A stretch of DNA of 52,813 bases from a virus (taxonomy: Duplodnaviria; Caudoviricetes). The notes under the pieces are model-generated. The model was not told where the DNA came from. It ran no database searches and saw only the letters and a list, made by a program, of their open reading frames with translations. The DNA is taken from the IMG/VR virus record IMGVR_UViG_3300044613_003454, positions 1-52,813 of that record, one strand, 5' to 3'. Of this stretch, positions 6,686 through 15,355 are shown in pieces (positions within the stretch are counted from its first letter, which is position 1; every line of letters begins with the position of its first letter). The translations under genes and the position numbers were made by a program.

Positions 6686-9310
6686 TTACCGAGGGTTTGG
6701 AGCTGAGTCCCCCAGAATCCTGCTTGAAGCTCCAGGGTACTTGGCATCAAGGGCCTTGCGGAACAGCTCTCCGTTCTCTCCCTTGAGGGTGTTGGCGACC
6801 ATCTCGTTGAACTGTTCGTTGGTGATTCGACCGGCGGACACCGACTGCCATGCCCGGTCGTAGGTCTTCATCAGTTCAGTCGCCTTTTCTTCCGGGGAAA
6901 GACGCGCGAAACGATCAGCCCTGGGGGTACGGAGATCGACGTTCGGGACATCAGGTTCAGCCAGTTTGGAAAGGGCCTGGTCGGCGTCCCTGGCGGCCAT
7001 CCTTTCGGCCCTTGCCGCCGCATCAATTTGAGCCCTGGTCTGAAGTGCTGCTTCTGCGTTTTCGACAGCCGTTGACCGAAGCGTCCGGGAAGCGTTGGCC
7101 GGGTTTGCCGCAGCGGCAGATGCTGCCCGCTCAGCAGCAGCCCTGTTCACGTTGAGGCCTCTTGCGGCCTCATTGGCAAGCTCGCCGGCAACGGCGCCCC
7201 GGGTGCGGATGGCATCGGCCGCGACACCTGTTCCTTCGGAAGCAGCGAACCTTCCTACCGGACCGGAAGCCATCTCTCCGGCCATGGCCCCACGAGTGCG
7301 GATGGCGTCCGCCACGACTCCGGTTCCTTCGGAAGCCGCGAATCGTCCAGCAGGACCTGATGCTGCCCTTGCGGCTTCTTCAGCCCCGGCACCAATGGCA
7401 CGCCCAGTCCGTGCAGCAGGCCCGACAGCCGGAACGGCCCCGGCCGCCTCGAACGGATTCACTTGGCCTCCAGGACCTTGTGGAGCCATCGGGTCAAACC
7501 CGACAAACGGAATGAGGCCGAGAAGTAGGGCAGTCTTGTAATCGCCTTGGGCCATGGCCTCTTCAGCAGGGCTACGCACATTTCCCGGTCGATCATAGAA
7601 GCTCATCGGCATCCTTGACCCATCCCCGACGGCTTCAAGGGCTGCCGCCCTGGGCATCATGTCCACCCGTCCCCCGCCCATGTCAACGGGGACGACCTTG
7701 TTCATGTAGTTGGCATGGTCGATCTCCGCATAAATCCTTTTGGTCTCTGCGTCCTGTTGCAAAGTGTCGCCGGAATCAAGGACCACGTTACGAAGCGGCT
7801 CCGACTGTTGGACCACCTTGTTCATGTGGGCCGAAACGCGGGGCGTGGCACGGGGTCCGGAGACCGAAGTCAATCCAGCTTGCCGACGAAGATCATCCAT
7901 CCTCATTCGCTCTGCTTCGGCGTCCACCTCAACGGGGGTGAATGGGACCGGAGCCCGGGGAGGAAGGGTGAAACCGGATGGTTCCTGGGGAACACCCCTT
8001 GCATTCAACGGATTGGTCACCGCAGAAGAACTCGCAGCGAGATCCGCAAGACGACCAGTGGTCGTCGATGACATCATCCTGGAAAGGGCACTTGGCTGTG
8101 GGGAGGGAAGCGGGGGAGGAGAAGGACGGTAAGAAGGAATCTCCGGAACGCCGGAAGGAGAGACCAAGGAATCAAGAGGCCCAGGCATTCCGCCTTCACC
8201 TGCCCCCATCTTGGAGGGGGCGTAGGCCGGCGGGGGCTTGTCAGGGAATGCAGGCGTGAAAGCCTTTTGGGGAGGTTGAGGCGGCGGAACCGGCATGTAC
8301 GTGCCGTTGACATCCCCTGATGATGGCGGGTATGATTTGGGAGCCGGGTTGTCACGCTCCGAGATCATTTGAGCCGCAGCGGCTCGATCCATCTCGATTC
8401 GTTCACGCTCGGTCCCACCTGCGAACCGCTTCTTCACTCGCTCAAGAATCGCATCGTCACGAATCCGCTTAGCCGCAGCAGCCTCAGCGTCGTAGTCGGC
8501 CCTCGTCTTGGCAAGCTCCTCAGAAGCAGTCATCCCGCCGTTCAGGGGTTTCGCAGGATTCGCCTCCCCATAAGCACGTGAAGCAGCCTCCTCAGCGCTC
8601 AATGCCGCGAGGTAGTCCTTGTTCATCTTGACGATGTAGTCGTTGTCGGCCTTGACGGCGGCACGGTTCGCAGCCATCTGCTCTTCCGGTGAAGGGCCGG
8701 TGGGCTGGGCCGGGTTCTGCTCGCCGTACTGACGGCTTGCTTCCAGCTCCGTAGCCAGGTTGGCCCGGTATTGACGGGCCTGTTCGCGCTGTGTCTTCTT
8801 CTGCTCAATCTGCCTTATGAGGGCGTCCCTTTGACGAGCCTTTCTTGCATTCAAGCTTTCCCGGGCGTCATAGCCGGCGATCTGGTTGGCTTCCCACTGG
8901 GCAGCCCTCTTGAGCGAGAGGGGGTTGTTGGCAGCCTGGATGCGGGCTTGCTTGTGAGGCTCCAGGCTGGCGATGAACCTCGCACGTTCGGGGTTCATGG
9001 GTTGATCGTCCAAGACCGGCTTTCCGGTCTTGGGGTCCACCGCACTCGTAGCCGGGGCAGCAGCTGGGGCAGGAGCGGGAGCCGTCGGCGAGGTCGAGCT
9101 GGTGGACAACCCAGGAGGAACCTGGTCCGAGAGTTTCTTGGGCTTCTTCTCCTTCTTGGGACCCCCACTGGATGGAGGTGCCTGGCGCGGGCCCAGGTTG
9201 GGCATGAAGGCGTTGGGGTTGGAGAAGTCGATTCCTTGAGGGTCAAGGAACCAGCTCAGGGGATCCGCACCCTGTGGCTGCCATCTCTGCGGTGAATTGA
9301 ACTGGGGCAT
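6686..9310 (-). CDS. Large Pro/Ala-rich protein (874 aa), probable virion/ejection protein
   Basis: ATG 9310 with AGGAG RBS (the track's longer start overlaps the helicase); low complexity, coiled coil, internal repeats. Confidence 0.75.
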   Translation of the reverse strand: MPQFNSPQRWQPQGADPLSWFLDPQGIDFSNPNAFMPNLGPRQAPPSSGGPKKEKKPKKLSDQVPPGLSTSSTSPTAPAPAPAAAPATSAVDPKTGKPVLDDQPMNPERARFIASLEPHKQARIQAANNPLSLKRAAQWEANQIAGYDARESLNARKARQRDALIRQIEQKKTQREQARQYRANLATELEASRQYGEQNPAQPTGPSPEEQMAANRAAVKADNDYIVKMNKDYLAALSAEEAASRAYGEANPAKPLNGGMTASEELAKTRADYDAEAAAAKRIRDDAILERVKKRFAGGTERERIEMDRAAAAQMISERDNPAPKSYPPSSGDVNGTYMPVPPPQPPQKAFTPAFPDKPPPAYAPSKMGAGEGGMPGPLDSLVSPSGVPEIPSYRPSPPPLPSPQPSALSRMMSSTTTGRLADLAASSSAVTNPLNARGVPQEPSGFTLPPRAPVPFTPVEVDAEAERMRMDDLRRQAGLTSVSGPRATPRVSAHMNKVVQQSEPLRNVVLDSGDTLQQDAETKRIYAEIDHANYMNKVVPVDMGGGRVDMMPRAAALEAVGDGSRMPMSFYDRPGNVRSPAEEAMAQGDYKTALLLGLIPFVGFDPMAPQGPGGQVNPFEAAGAVPAVGPAARTGRAIGAGAEEAARAASGPAGRFAASEGTGVVADAIRTRGAMAGEMASGPVGRFAASEGTGVAADAIRTRGAVAGELANEAARGLNVNRAAAERAASAAAANPANASRTLRSTAVENAEAALQTRAQIDAAARAERMAARDADQALSKLAEPDVPNVDLRTPRADRFARLSPEEKATELMKTYDRAWQSVSAGRITNEQFNEMVANTLKGENGELFRKALDAKYPGASSRILGDSAPNPR
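7178..7363 (-). repeat. Two 93-bp (31-aa) tandem repeats in CDS
   Basis: ASGPAGRFAASEGTGVVADAIRTRGAMAGEM / ASGPVGRFAASEGTGVAADAIRTRGAVAGEL; GTTCCTTCGGAAGC at 7230 and 7323. Confidence 0.9.
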
Positions 9311-9326
9311 GTGGTCTCCTGATAGG

Positions 9327-9355
9327 AGGATAATCGGATGGTACTGGGCACTCAA
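9327..9355 (-). promoter_or_regulatory. Sigma-70-like promoter for the leftward operon
   Basis: TTGAGT-N17-TATCCT on the minus strand just upstream of the RBS and ATG at 9310. Confidence 0.45.
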
Positions 9356-10762
9356 CAAAACCCGCTCCGAACTGTGGAGCCGATGAAGGTGGCGAGGGCG
9401 ATGCTGAAGGTGTGCTTCGAGGACGGCTGCGGCCTCAAGGAGGTGCAGGGCCGGCTCTTCGAGTGGTACGGGGGCAAGTGGGTCCAGCGGGACCGGCAGT
9501 GGCTGGAGGACGCGGTGTGGCGGTGGACCGAGGACCTGCACGTGAGCGACGACCAGAACGGGTTGGTCGTGACCAGGTACGGGCCCAATGAGCACAAGGT
9601 CAACGGGATCGTCCGGGCACTGGAGGCATTGTGCCGGGTCGCCAGGACGGAGGTGCCCCAGTGGCTGAGGTCCGATTGCGATGACCGCCTGTTGGACCCC
9701 CACTGTTCCGTGGCGTTCAGGGACGTGATCGTGGATGTGAGGAGGTCGGCCGCGGAGGGCAAGGTGGTGAGTGTCCCGCGGGGACCCGAGTGGTTCGATC
9801 CGTGCGTCGTGGACGTGGATCTGGACGAGGGGGCTGAGTGTCCCAGGTGGATGAAGTGCCTGGAGGAGTGGTCAGGCGGCGATACGCTCTGGAAAGAGCT
9901 GTTGCAGCGGTGGATGGGCTACTCGATGATGAGCCACCGCCGGTATGCGAAGTGGATGTTGTTTCATGGGAAGATCCGTGCCGGCAAGGGGACGATCAGC
10001 ACCGTGATGCGGTGGCTCGTGGGTGGGACCGGGTTCGTGGGCACCAGCCTGGATGAGATCGCGAGCAGCTTCGGGTTGGATGGGCTGGAGTTCGCCAGGG
10101 TGCTGTGCATCTCCGAGGTCAGTGAGCTGGATTCCAGGGAGGGGGAGGTGGCGGTCCGGGTGCTGAAGAACGTGCTTGGGCGGGATCCGATCAGCATCAA
10201 CGCGAAGTACAAGCGGCAGATGCGGAACGTGGTGGTGAGTGCGGCCCCGTGGGTCCAGGCGAACGAGATCCCTCAGCTGCCGAACAAGGGCCGGGGGCTG
10301 AGCGGCAAGATGCTGGTGCTGCCGTTCGTGAGGAGCTTCGAGGGCAAGGAGCAGCACGACCTGATGGACGTGCTGAAGGGGGAGCTGCCGGGGATCGCGG
10401 CCTGGGCGTTGAGGGGGGCGATCGCGTTGGAGGCGGCCCAGGACGGGGAGAAGTTCGTGCAGCCCGAGACCAGCGAGGCCGTGGTCAAGAGCTACCACCT
10501 CAAGAACAACCCGTTCGACTACTTCCTGGAGGCCCGGTTCGTGAGGAACCGGAACGGGTTCGTGGCCAACGAGCTCGTGCGGCGGGAGTGGAAGGACTGG
10601 TGCCGGTCCAATAACGTGAAGCTGCACGTGGCGGACAACCAGCTGGTCACGAAGTTGACCGAGGAGAGCAGTTGGGATCTCAGCAAGATCAGGAAAGGTA
10701 GCGACGGTACGCGGGGGATCGCGGGTCTTTCGCTGAAGAAGGACCAGGACGATGACCTATGA
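9338..10762 (+). CDS. D5/P4-primase-family SF3 DNA helicase (no obvious primase domain)
   Basis: D5_N-like region (CPRWMKCLEEW..LLQRWMGY), Walker A HGKIRAGKGT, Walker B CISE, motif C ANEIP. Confidence 0.85.
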   Translation: MVLGTQQNPLRTVEPMKVARAMLKVCFEDGCGLKEVQGRLFEWYGGKWVQRDRQWLEDAVWRWTEDLHVSDDQNGLVVTRYGPNEHKVNGIVRALEALCRVARTEVPQWLRSDCDDRLLDPHCSVAFRDVIVDVRRSAAEGKVVSVPRGPEWFDPCVVDVDLDEGAECPRWMKCLEEWSGGDTLWKELLQRWMGYSMMSHRRYAKWMLFHGKIRAGKGTISTVMRWLVGGTGFVGTSLDEIASSFGLDGLEFARVLCISEVSELDSREGEVAVRVLKNVLGRDPISINAKYKRQMRNVVVSAAPWVQANEIPQLPNKGRGLSGKMLVLPFVRSFEGKEQHDLMDVLKGELPGIAAWALRGAIALEAAQDGEKFVQPETSEAVVKSYHLKNNPFDYFLEARFVRNRNGFVANELVRREWKDWCRSNNVKLHVADNQLVTKLTEESSWDLSKIRKGSDGTRGIAGLSLKKDQDDDL

Positions 10763-11233
10763 CCAGACTGACAGGTATTGGCGTGAACTATTCTCCCTTA
10801 TATCTCTCTCCCCTACTTCTTCTTTTTACCTGTCAGTATGTCAGGAGAGAGAAAAGGGGAGGGGGAAACGGGGTTCTCGGGGCCGTGAACGGGGTAGGAG
10901 GTGCTGACGCTGGGTTGGCAGTTGGTGTCAGGGACCTGGCAGGAGGAAAAATTGCCAGACAAAAAGAGGCTTTCCCCCCCGAACGGAGAGGGCGGCCGGG
11001 GGGCTTGGGGCGGTGTCGCGGCGTGGCGTGCCCGTGGGACGGCTGCGGATTACCAGTTATCGGACGCGGCGGGGCGGCGACTATGCGGCGGCCAGCGGCC
11101 CGGGCCCGGCCATAAGCCCCGGAACGGCCGGCACTTACGGCGATAACCTCGGTGGACCTTTCTTTCAGCAGCGGGGAGGTCGTGAGCCGCAGCCGTTGCG
11201 GTTCTTCCCGTTCTGTTCCGAGAGAGGTATCAC
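10763..11233. other. Origin-like / genome-end-like intergenic region
   Basis: 11-bp perfect inverted repeat ACTGACAGGTA (10767-10777) / TACCTGTCAGT (10827-10837), extra TGTCAG copies, pyrimidine/purine tracts, GC-skew switch. Confidence 0.5.
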
Positions 11234-11605
11234 ATGGCTACGAAGTCCAGCAAGAAGTCCGCCCCCAAGATGGCGCTCGTTGATGCGCCCACTGTCAAGT
11301 CCTCCAAGGAGGGCTCGATCACCGTCGGCGTGAACTCCGTCGGCAACGCTTACACCCTCAGCATGAAGATGCTGGTGGGCGCTCCGACCCTCAAGAAGAC
11401 CCGCAAGGGCAAGAAGTACACGATCAGCGGCGAGTTCCTCATCGACGGCCCGGTCGATATCGGCGGTGTCGAGCACTGGATCAGCGTCTTCTCTGGCTGG
11501 GAGGACGGCAAGAAGGTCAACAAGATCTCCGTCCGCCCCTCGAAGACCGCCGGTCCCGATGACGACGACGACGACGACAATGGGGACGACGGGGTCCCCT
11601 TCTGA
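11234..11605 (+). CDS. SSB-like protein with acidic DDD..VPF tail
   Basis: GAGAGG RBS; beta-rich core (VDIGGVEHWISVF..KISV) and C-terminus DDDDDDDNGDDGVPF like the SSB C-terminal tip. Confidence 0.7.
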   Translation: MATKSSKKSAPKMALVDAPTVKSSKEGSITVGVNSVGNAYTLSMKMLVGAPTLKKTRKGKKYTISGEFLIDGPVDIGGVEHWISVFSGWEDGKKVNKISVRPSKTAGPDDDDDDDNGDDGVPF

Positions 11606-11621
11606 CTCCGGCTGACCCGAT

Positions 11622-11655
11622 GGGCAGGGGCTAACACCCCCTGCCCTTTCTTTTT
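11622..11655 (+). terminator. Intrinsic terminator
   Basis: GGGCAGGGG-loop-CCCCTGCCC then TTTCTTTTT. Confidence 0.8.
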
Positions 11656-11724
11656 GCGCAGAGTGGGAGGTGGGACGCCGTGTCCCCCTCCCCTTCCCCC
11701 CATCCTCACCCCGGAGACACCGCA

Positions 11725-11943
11725 ATGCAATGGACCAATATCGAAACCTCCACCGAAACCCCCAAGCCGGCCACCGTCAACGGCATCATCGTCAGTGATG
11801 CCGGAAAGCGGGCCATCGAACGAGCCCTCTCGATCGACGCCACCTTGGCGGCCCTGATCCTCGTCGCTATCCTCGAAGCCGAATCCCAGGGCTACGCCCT
11901 CGGCAAGAAGCACGGCAAGGACATCGAAGCGGGCCTCCGCTGA
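11725..11943 (+). CDS. Hypothetical early protein (72 aa)
   Basis: ATG 11725 after GGAG; C-ending codon bias like neighbours. Confidence 0.7.
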   Translation: MQWTNIETSTETPKPATVNGIIVSDAGKRAIERALSIDATLAALILVAILEAESQGYALGKKHGKDIEAGLR

Positions 11944-11962
11944 ACCCGACCACCCCTTTCTC

Positions 11963-11997
11963 CCCCCTGCCCACCTTCACTGGTGGCAGGGGGTTTT
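11963..11997 (+). terminator. Intrinsic terminator
   Basis: CCCCCTGCCCACC-loop-GGTGGCAGGGGG then TTTT. Confidence 0.7.
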
Positions 11998-12062
11998 CTC
12001 ATGTCCGACCAACCCGCCGGTACTGGTCAGACCCCAACCCAAACCCGGCACGAGAGACAGCA

Positions 12063-12626
12063 ATGACCACCCAGTTCAAGATCCCGACCGCCCACTTCAC
12101 CGTGTGCAACCAGCGGCAGAAGACCGCCATCAAGACCATGATGGAGAAGGGCTGCCCCGATCCCGTGATCGCCCGGATGGAGTACGACATGTTCATGGCC
12201 CCCCGCACCACGAACCGGGCCCAGTTGTCGATGTGCGGCATCGAACTCCCCAACGAGGACCTGATCGCCGACTTCCAGTGTGAAATGATCGCCAACAAGG
12301 TCCGCCTCTGCCTCCTCACCGTGTGGAACGTGCAGTTCATCCACACCGACCACCTCGAACCCCGGGAACTGTACCGGCGGATCTCCGCCTCCATCGACGA
12401 CCTCGTTCCCGATGTCGCCCCCGACCCCGGGGTCTGGGAGTACATCGACCTCACCAACCCGATGCACCCCGAGATGGAGCAGGAGTTCCTCCGACACTAC
12501 GCTTCGGAGAACGAGCGGAACGACTACCGCTCCCGGACCGGCAACGAGCCGCCGGCCTGCATCGTCCCCAAGTACACCCGGGACGCCGAGTTCGCCGACA
12601 TCATGAAGAAGATTTGCACCCCCTGA
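12063..12626 (+). CDS. Hypothetical early protein
   Basis: 187 aa ORF with strong codon bias. Confidence 0.75.
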   Translation: MTTQFKIPTAHFTVCNQRQKTAIKTMMEKGCPDPVIARMEYDMFMAPRTTNRAQLSMCGIELPNEDLIADFQCEMIANKVRLCLLTVWNVQFIHTDHLEPRELYRRISASIDDLVPDVAPDPGVWEYIDLTNPMHPEMEQEFLRHYASENERNDYRSRTGNEPPACIVPKYTRDAEFADIMKKICTP

Positions 12627-12644
12627 CACCGGCCACTCTCTCTC

Positions 12645-12676
12645 GCCCCCTCCCCGCCCTCGGGGGAGGGGGCTTT
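12645..12676 (+). terminator. GC-rich hairpin / terminator
   Basis: GCCCCCTCCCC..GGGGAGGGGGC then TTT. Confidence 0.65.
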
Positions 12677-12690
12677 CATTGGAGCCCACC

Positions 12691-12936
12691 ATGAACTCCC
12701 GCATCACCGTATCCCTCACCTCCGACCCCTCGACCCTCCTCGTCGAGACCCCCTGCCCCGAATGCAAGAAGAAGCGGGGCTTCAAGATCCCCGCCTCCGA
12801 CTGGGAGGACGGCATGACCAGCCTCCGCAAGGGCTCGACCATGCAGTCCGCCTTCCCCCTCCTCGACCCCGACAACCGGGAACTCCTCATCTCCGGCGTC
12901 TGCTCCCCATGCTGGACCCGCCTCTTCCGTGACTAG
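12691..12936 (+). CDS. Small zinc-binding protein
   Basis: CPEC..RELLISGVCSPCW; GGAG RBS. Confidence 0.75.
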   Translation: MNSRITVSLTSDPSTLLVETPCPECKKKRGFKIPASDWEDGMTSLRKGSTMQSAFPLLDPDNRELLISGVCSPCWTRLFRD

Positions 12937-12987
12937 GGTGACGTTCACCCCTTCACAAACCCACAAACCTGTATACCATGAGGTGCC

Positions 12988-13251
12988 GTGCCCCAGTACC
13001 CCAAGTTCAAACCATCAGACTTCGTGATCTTCTCACCCAGTCGGGCAGCACAACTCAACGACGAGGACATGCCACCCGACGCCTTCTATCTGGTCGAGGT
13101 CATCGAGGACAAGCAATCGACCTTCGACTTTGAAATCCTCCTATCCGGACCTCGTGCCCTGTGCGAGGCCATCGCCATATCCGCAGCCAAGAAGGGTCAG
13201 CGGGTCTGGTTTCCAAGTGACGACCCTTCAGAACCACAAGGACAGCAATGA
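12988..13251 (+). CDS. Hypothetical protein
   Basis: 87 aa, GAGG RBS, GTG start, ATGA coupling to the next gene. Confidence 0.6.
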   Translation: MPQYPKFKPSDFVIFSPSRAAQLNDEDMPPDAFYLVEVIEDKQSTFDFEILLSGPRALCEAIAISAAKKGQRVWFPSDDPSEPQGQQ

Positions 13252-14108
13252 CTCTCGTTCTCCATGCCGGCGGTTACTCCGCCTCCCGTTCCGACATCAA
13301 CCTCGTCCCCACCCCGTCCGCCACCGCCACCCACACCCCCATCTCCCACGCTTGGTTCCTCGACCAGATCCTCTACGCCCTCAACACCTGCGGTTACTCC
13401 GTGACCGACCAGAAGTACGGGCTCAACGGCCAGAAGGGGGAGGACTTCTTCGGTGTCCTCACCCTCGGCAACACCGGACCCGACGGTGACTTCGCCCATG
13501 TCCTCGGCCTCCGCAACTCCCACCGCCACCGCTTCAGTGCCCAAGCGGTGCTCGGCACCCGTGTCTTCGTGTGCGACAACCTGGCGTTCAGGGGGAACGA
13601 CGCCATCATGAAGTTCTCCCGGAAGCACACCTCCCACATCGTCCGTGACTTCCCGAAGATCTGCATGGACAAGATCGCGGAACTCCCGTCCTACTTCCGC
13701 GACACCGAGCAGCAGGTCAGCGCCTGGAAGAACTTCGACCTGGCCAACCGTGAGTGGATGACCCTTCCCGACGGCACGGAGATCTCCTCCGACAGCAACC
13801 CGGACCTGACCCGGATGCGTGCCGCCGACATCTGCATGACCGCCCTCACCAAGGGCGCCACCAACGGACGCCTCCTCCCCCATGTCTGGAAGGAATGGTC
13901 CCGTGAGGACGGGCCCGGCGGCCACACCGCCCTCAAGGGCACCAACCTCTGGTCCCTCTTCAACGCCTTCACCGAGGTGGAGAAGCGTTCGGATTCGCCC
14001 TCGGAATCGCAGCGTCGCACCGCTCGCCTCTCGTCCATGCTGGACGGCGTGGTGATCGGTGACCACGATCGGCACGACGAGCCCGAGCCCGTCCTCGACA
14101 TCTTCTGA
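13248..14108 (+). CDS. DUF932-family protein
   Basis: LGLRNSH..AVLGTRVFVCDNLAF and NLWSLFNAFTEV motifs. Confidence 0.8.
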   Translation: MTLVLHAGGYSASRSDINLVPTPSATATHTPISHAWFLDQILYALNTCGYSVTDQKYGLNGQKGEDFFGVLTLGNTGPDGDFAHVLGLRNSHRHRFSAQAVLGTRVFVCDNLAFRGNDAIMKFSRKHTSHIVRDFPKICMDKIAELPSYFRDTEQQVSAWKNFDLANREWMTLPDGTEISSDSNPDLTRMRAADICMTALTKGATNGRLLPHVWKEWSREDGPGGHTALKGTNLWSLFNAFTEVEKRSDSPSESQRRTARLSSMLDGVVIGDHDRHDEPEPVLDIF

Positions 14109-14127
14109 TCCCCGTCATTCGAGTGAG

Positions 14128-14167
14128 GGGCCCCCACTGATCGGACGTTCCTTTCAGTGGGGGTCCC
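14128..14167. promoter_or_regulatory. Intergenic inverted pair of the CCCCCACTGA motif (operator/hairpin)
   Basis: GGGCCCCCACTGA-N13-TCAGTGGGGGTCCC. Confidence 0.7.
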
Positions 14168-14185
14168 ACTTTCGCGGAGTAACAC

Positions 14186-14896
14186 ATGATGCGTTCCCCG
14201 TTGTTCAACTGGGAGGGGCGATCCCATTCCCTCCTCACCTGGACCAAGGCAATGGACTGCTGGTCCTGGTCCATCCCCGCCGGCAAGCACGGCTCCTGCC
14301 CCATGGAGAACCGTGAACCCAACTCCATCTGCAACTCCTGCTATGCCCAGCAGGGCAACTACCTGTGGGCCACCACTGCCCGTGCCCAGTGGGCCCGCTT
14401 CGAGTTCCTCAAGTCCGACCCCGATCGTGCCCTCAAACTCATCACCGACTTCATCAACGACCAGCGCCTCCCCTTCTTCCGTGTCCACGACAGCGGTGAC
14501 TTCCATTCCCTCTCCATGATCTGGCGATGGACGGACGCCGTTCGCCGTTGCCCCGACACCAAGTTCTGGTTCCCGACCCGTGCTTGGACCTTCCCCAACT
14601 GGATGCCGGCCCTCGCCGTCCTCGCCGAGGAACCCAACACATCGGTCCGCCCCTCCGCCCAGAAGTTCGACGAGCCCCCGCCCTGCATCGACCGGCTCCA
14701 GCCCGGCACGATGTCCTCCGATGCCGAGTCCGAATGGGCGCTCACCTGCCCCAAGTCCACCGCTTCCACCTCGTGCGGTACCGAGAAGTGCCGCACCTGC
14801 TGGACCAAGGACCGGGCAGTGAACTACATCACCCACGGCTACCGGCTCACCGACAAGACCCGCCTCCTCCACCTCACCATCGGACGCACCTCATGA
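14186..14896 (+). CDS. GP88-like protein (Cys-rich, radical-SAM-related)
   Basis: SWSIPA..SCP..CNSCYA..G..FFRVHDSGDF..FWFPTR and C-terminal CP..C..CRTCW. Confidence 0.75.
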   Translation: MMRSPLFNWEGRSHSLLTWTKAMDCWSWSIPAGKHGSCPMENREPNSICNSCYAQQGNYLWATTARAQWARFEFLKSDPDRALKLITDFINDQRLPFFRVHDSGDFHSLSMIWRWTDAVRRCPDTKFWFPTRAWTFPNWMPALAVLAEEPNTSVRPSAQKFDEPPPCIDRLQPGTMSSDAESEWALTCPKSTASTSCGTEKCRTCWTKDRAVNYITHGYRLTDKTRLLHLTIGRTS

Positions 14897-15255
14897 CAGG
14901 CCGACTCCACATCTCCACCGACTCCTTCCAGTGGCACAAGCACACCCTCGCCTTCACCGGATGGGTGTGGTTCCACACCATCCCCAACCACTCCGCTCGC
15001 CTCTACCTCGACGAGCAGCCACCCGACCCCGACGAGTTCGAGATCGACGACCTCGCCATCGAAGACCTCTCCATCTTCACCAACTCACAGGAGGAACCCC
15101 TCACCGAACACACCATGATCCGCAACGGAGCCCGAGAGAACGACGACTTCGACGGCATCCCCGTCAAGCACATCATCGACGACATCTACCACAGCGACTG
15201 GCTCCTCTCCCAGGTGGAGCAGAACCACACGGACGCGAAGGACCTCGATGAGTGA
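14893..15255 (+). CDS. Acidic hypothetical protein (120 aa)
   Basis: ATGA-coupled start at 14893 (MTGRLHIS..). Confidence 0.7.
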   Translation: MTGRLHISTDSFQWHKHTLAFTGWVWFHTIPNHSARLYLDEQPPDPDEFEIDDLAIEDLSIFTNSQEEPLTEHTMIRNGARENDDFDGIPVKHIIDDIYHSDWLLSQVEQNHTDAKDLDE

Positions 15256-15355
15256 TCGCGAACCCCCGTCCGTCTGGTCCATCATCAACCCCGTAACCAT
15301 CTACCTAGTCCTGATCGTGTACCTCACCATCTCTTTCCTCAAGGCAGAACGATGA
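15248..15355 (+). CDS. Small membrane protein (35 aa; not in ORF track)
   Basis: MSDREPPSVWSIINPVTIYLVLIVYLTISFLKAER; overlaps both neighbours. Confidence 0.6.
   Translation: MSDREPPSVWSIINPVTIYLVLIVYLTISFLKAER

Noticed and set aside
7178-7363. 93-bp repeat as a DGR template/variable pair
   Set aside because: Tandem, in frame, mostly synonymous differences that are not adenine-specific, and no reverse transcriptase is present
10759-11115. 118-aa ORF after the helicase
   Set aside because: Atypical composition overlapping repeats and tracts; more likely non-coding, although its ATGA overlap with the helicase stop means it is not excluded
12952-12979. TTCACA-N16-TACCAT promoter candidate
   Set aside because: Plausible, but the match and spacing are too weak to list without TSS data
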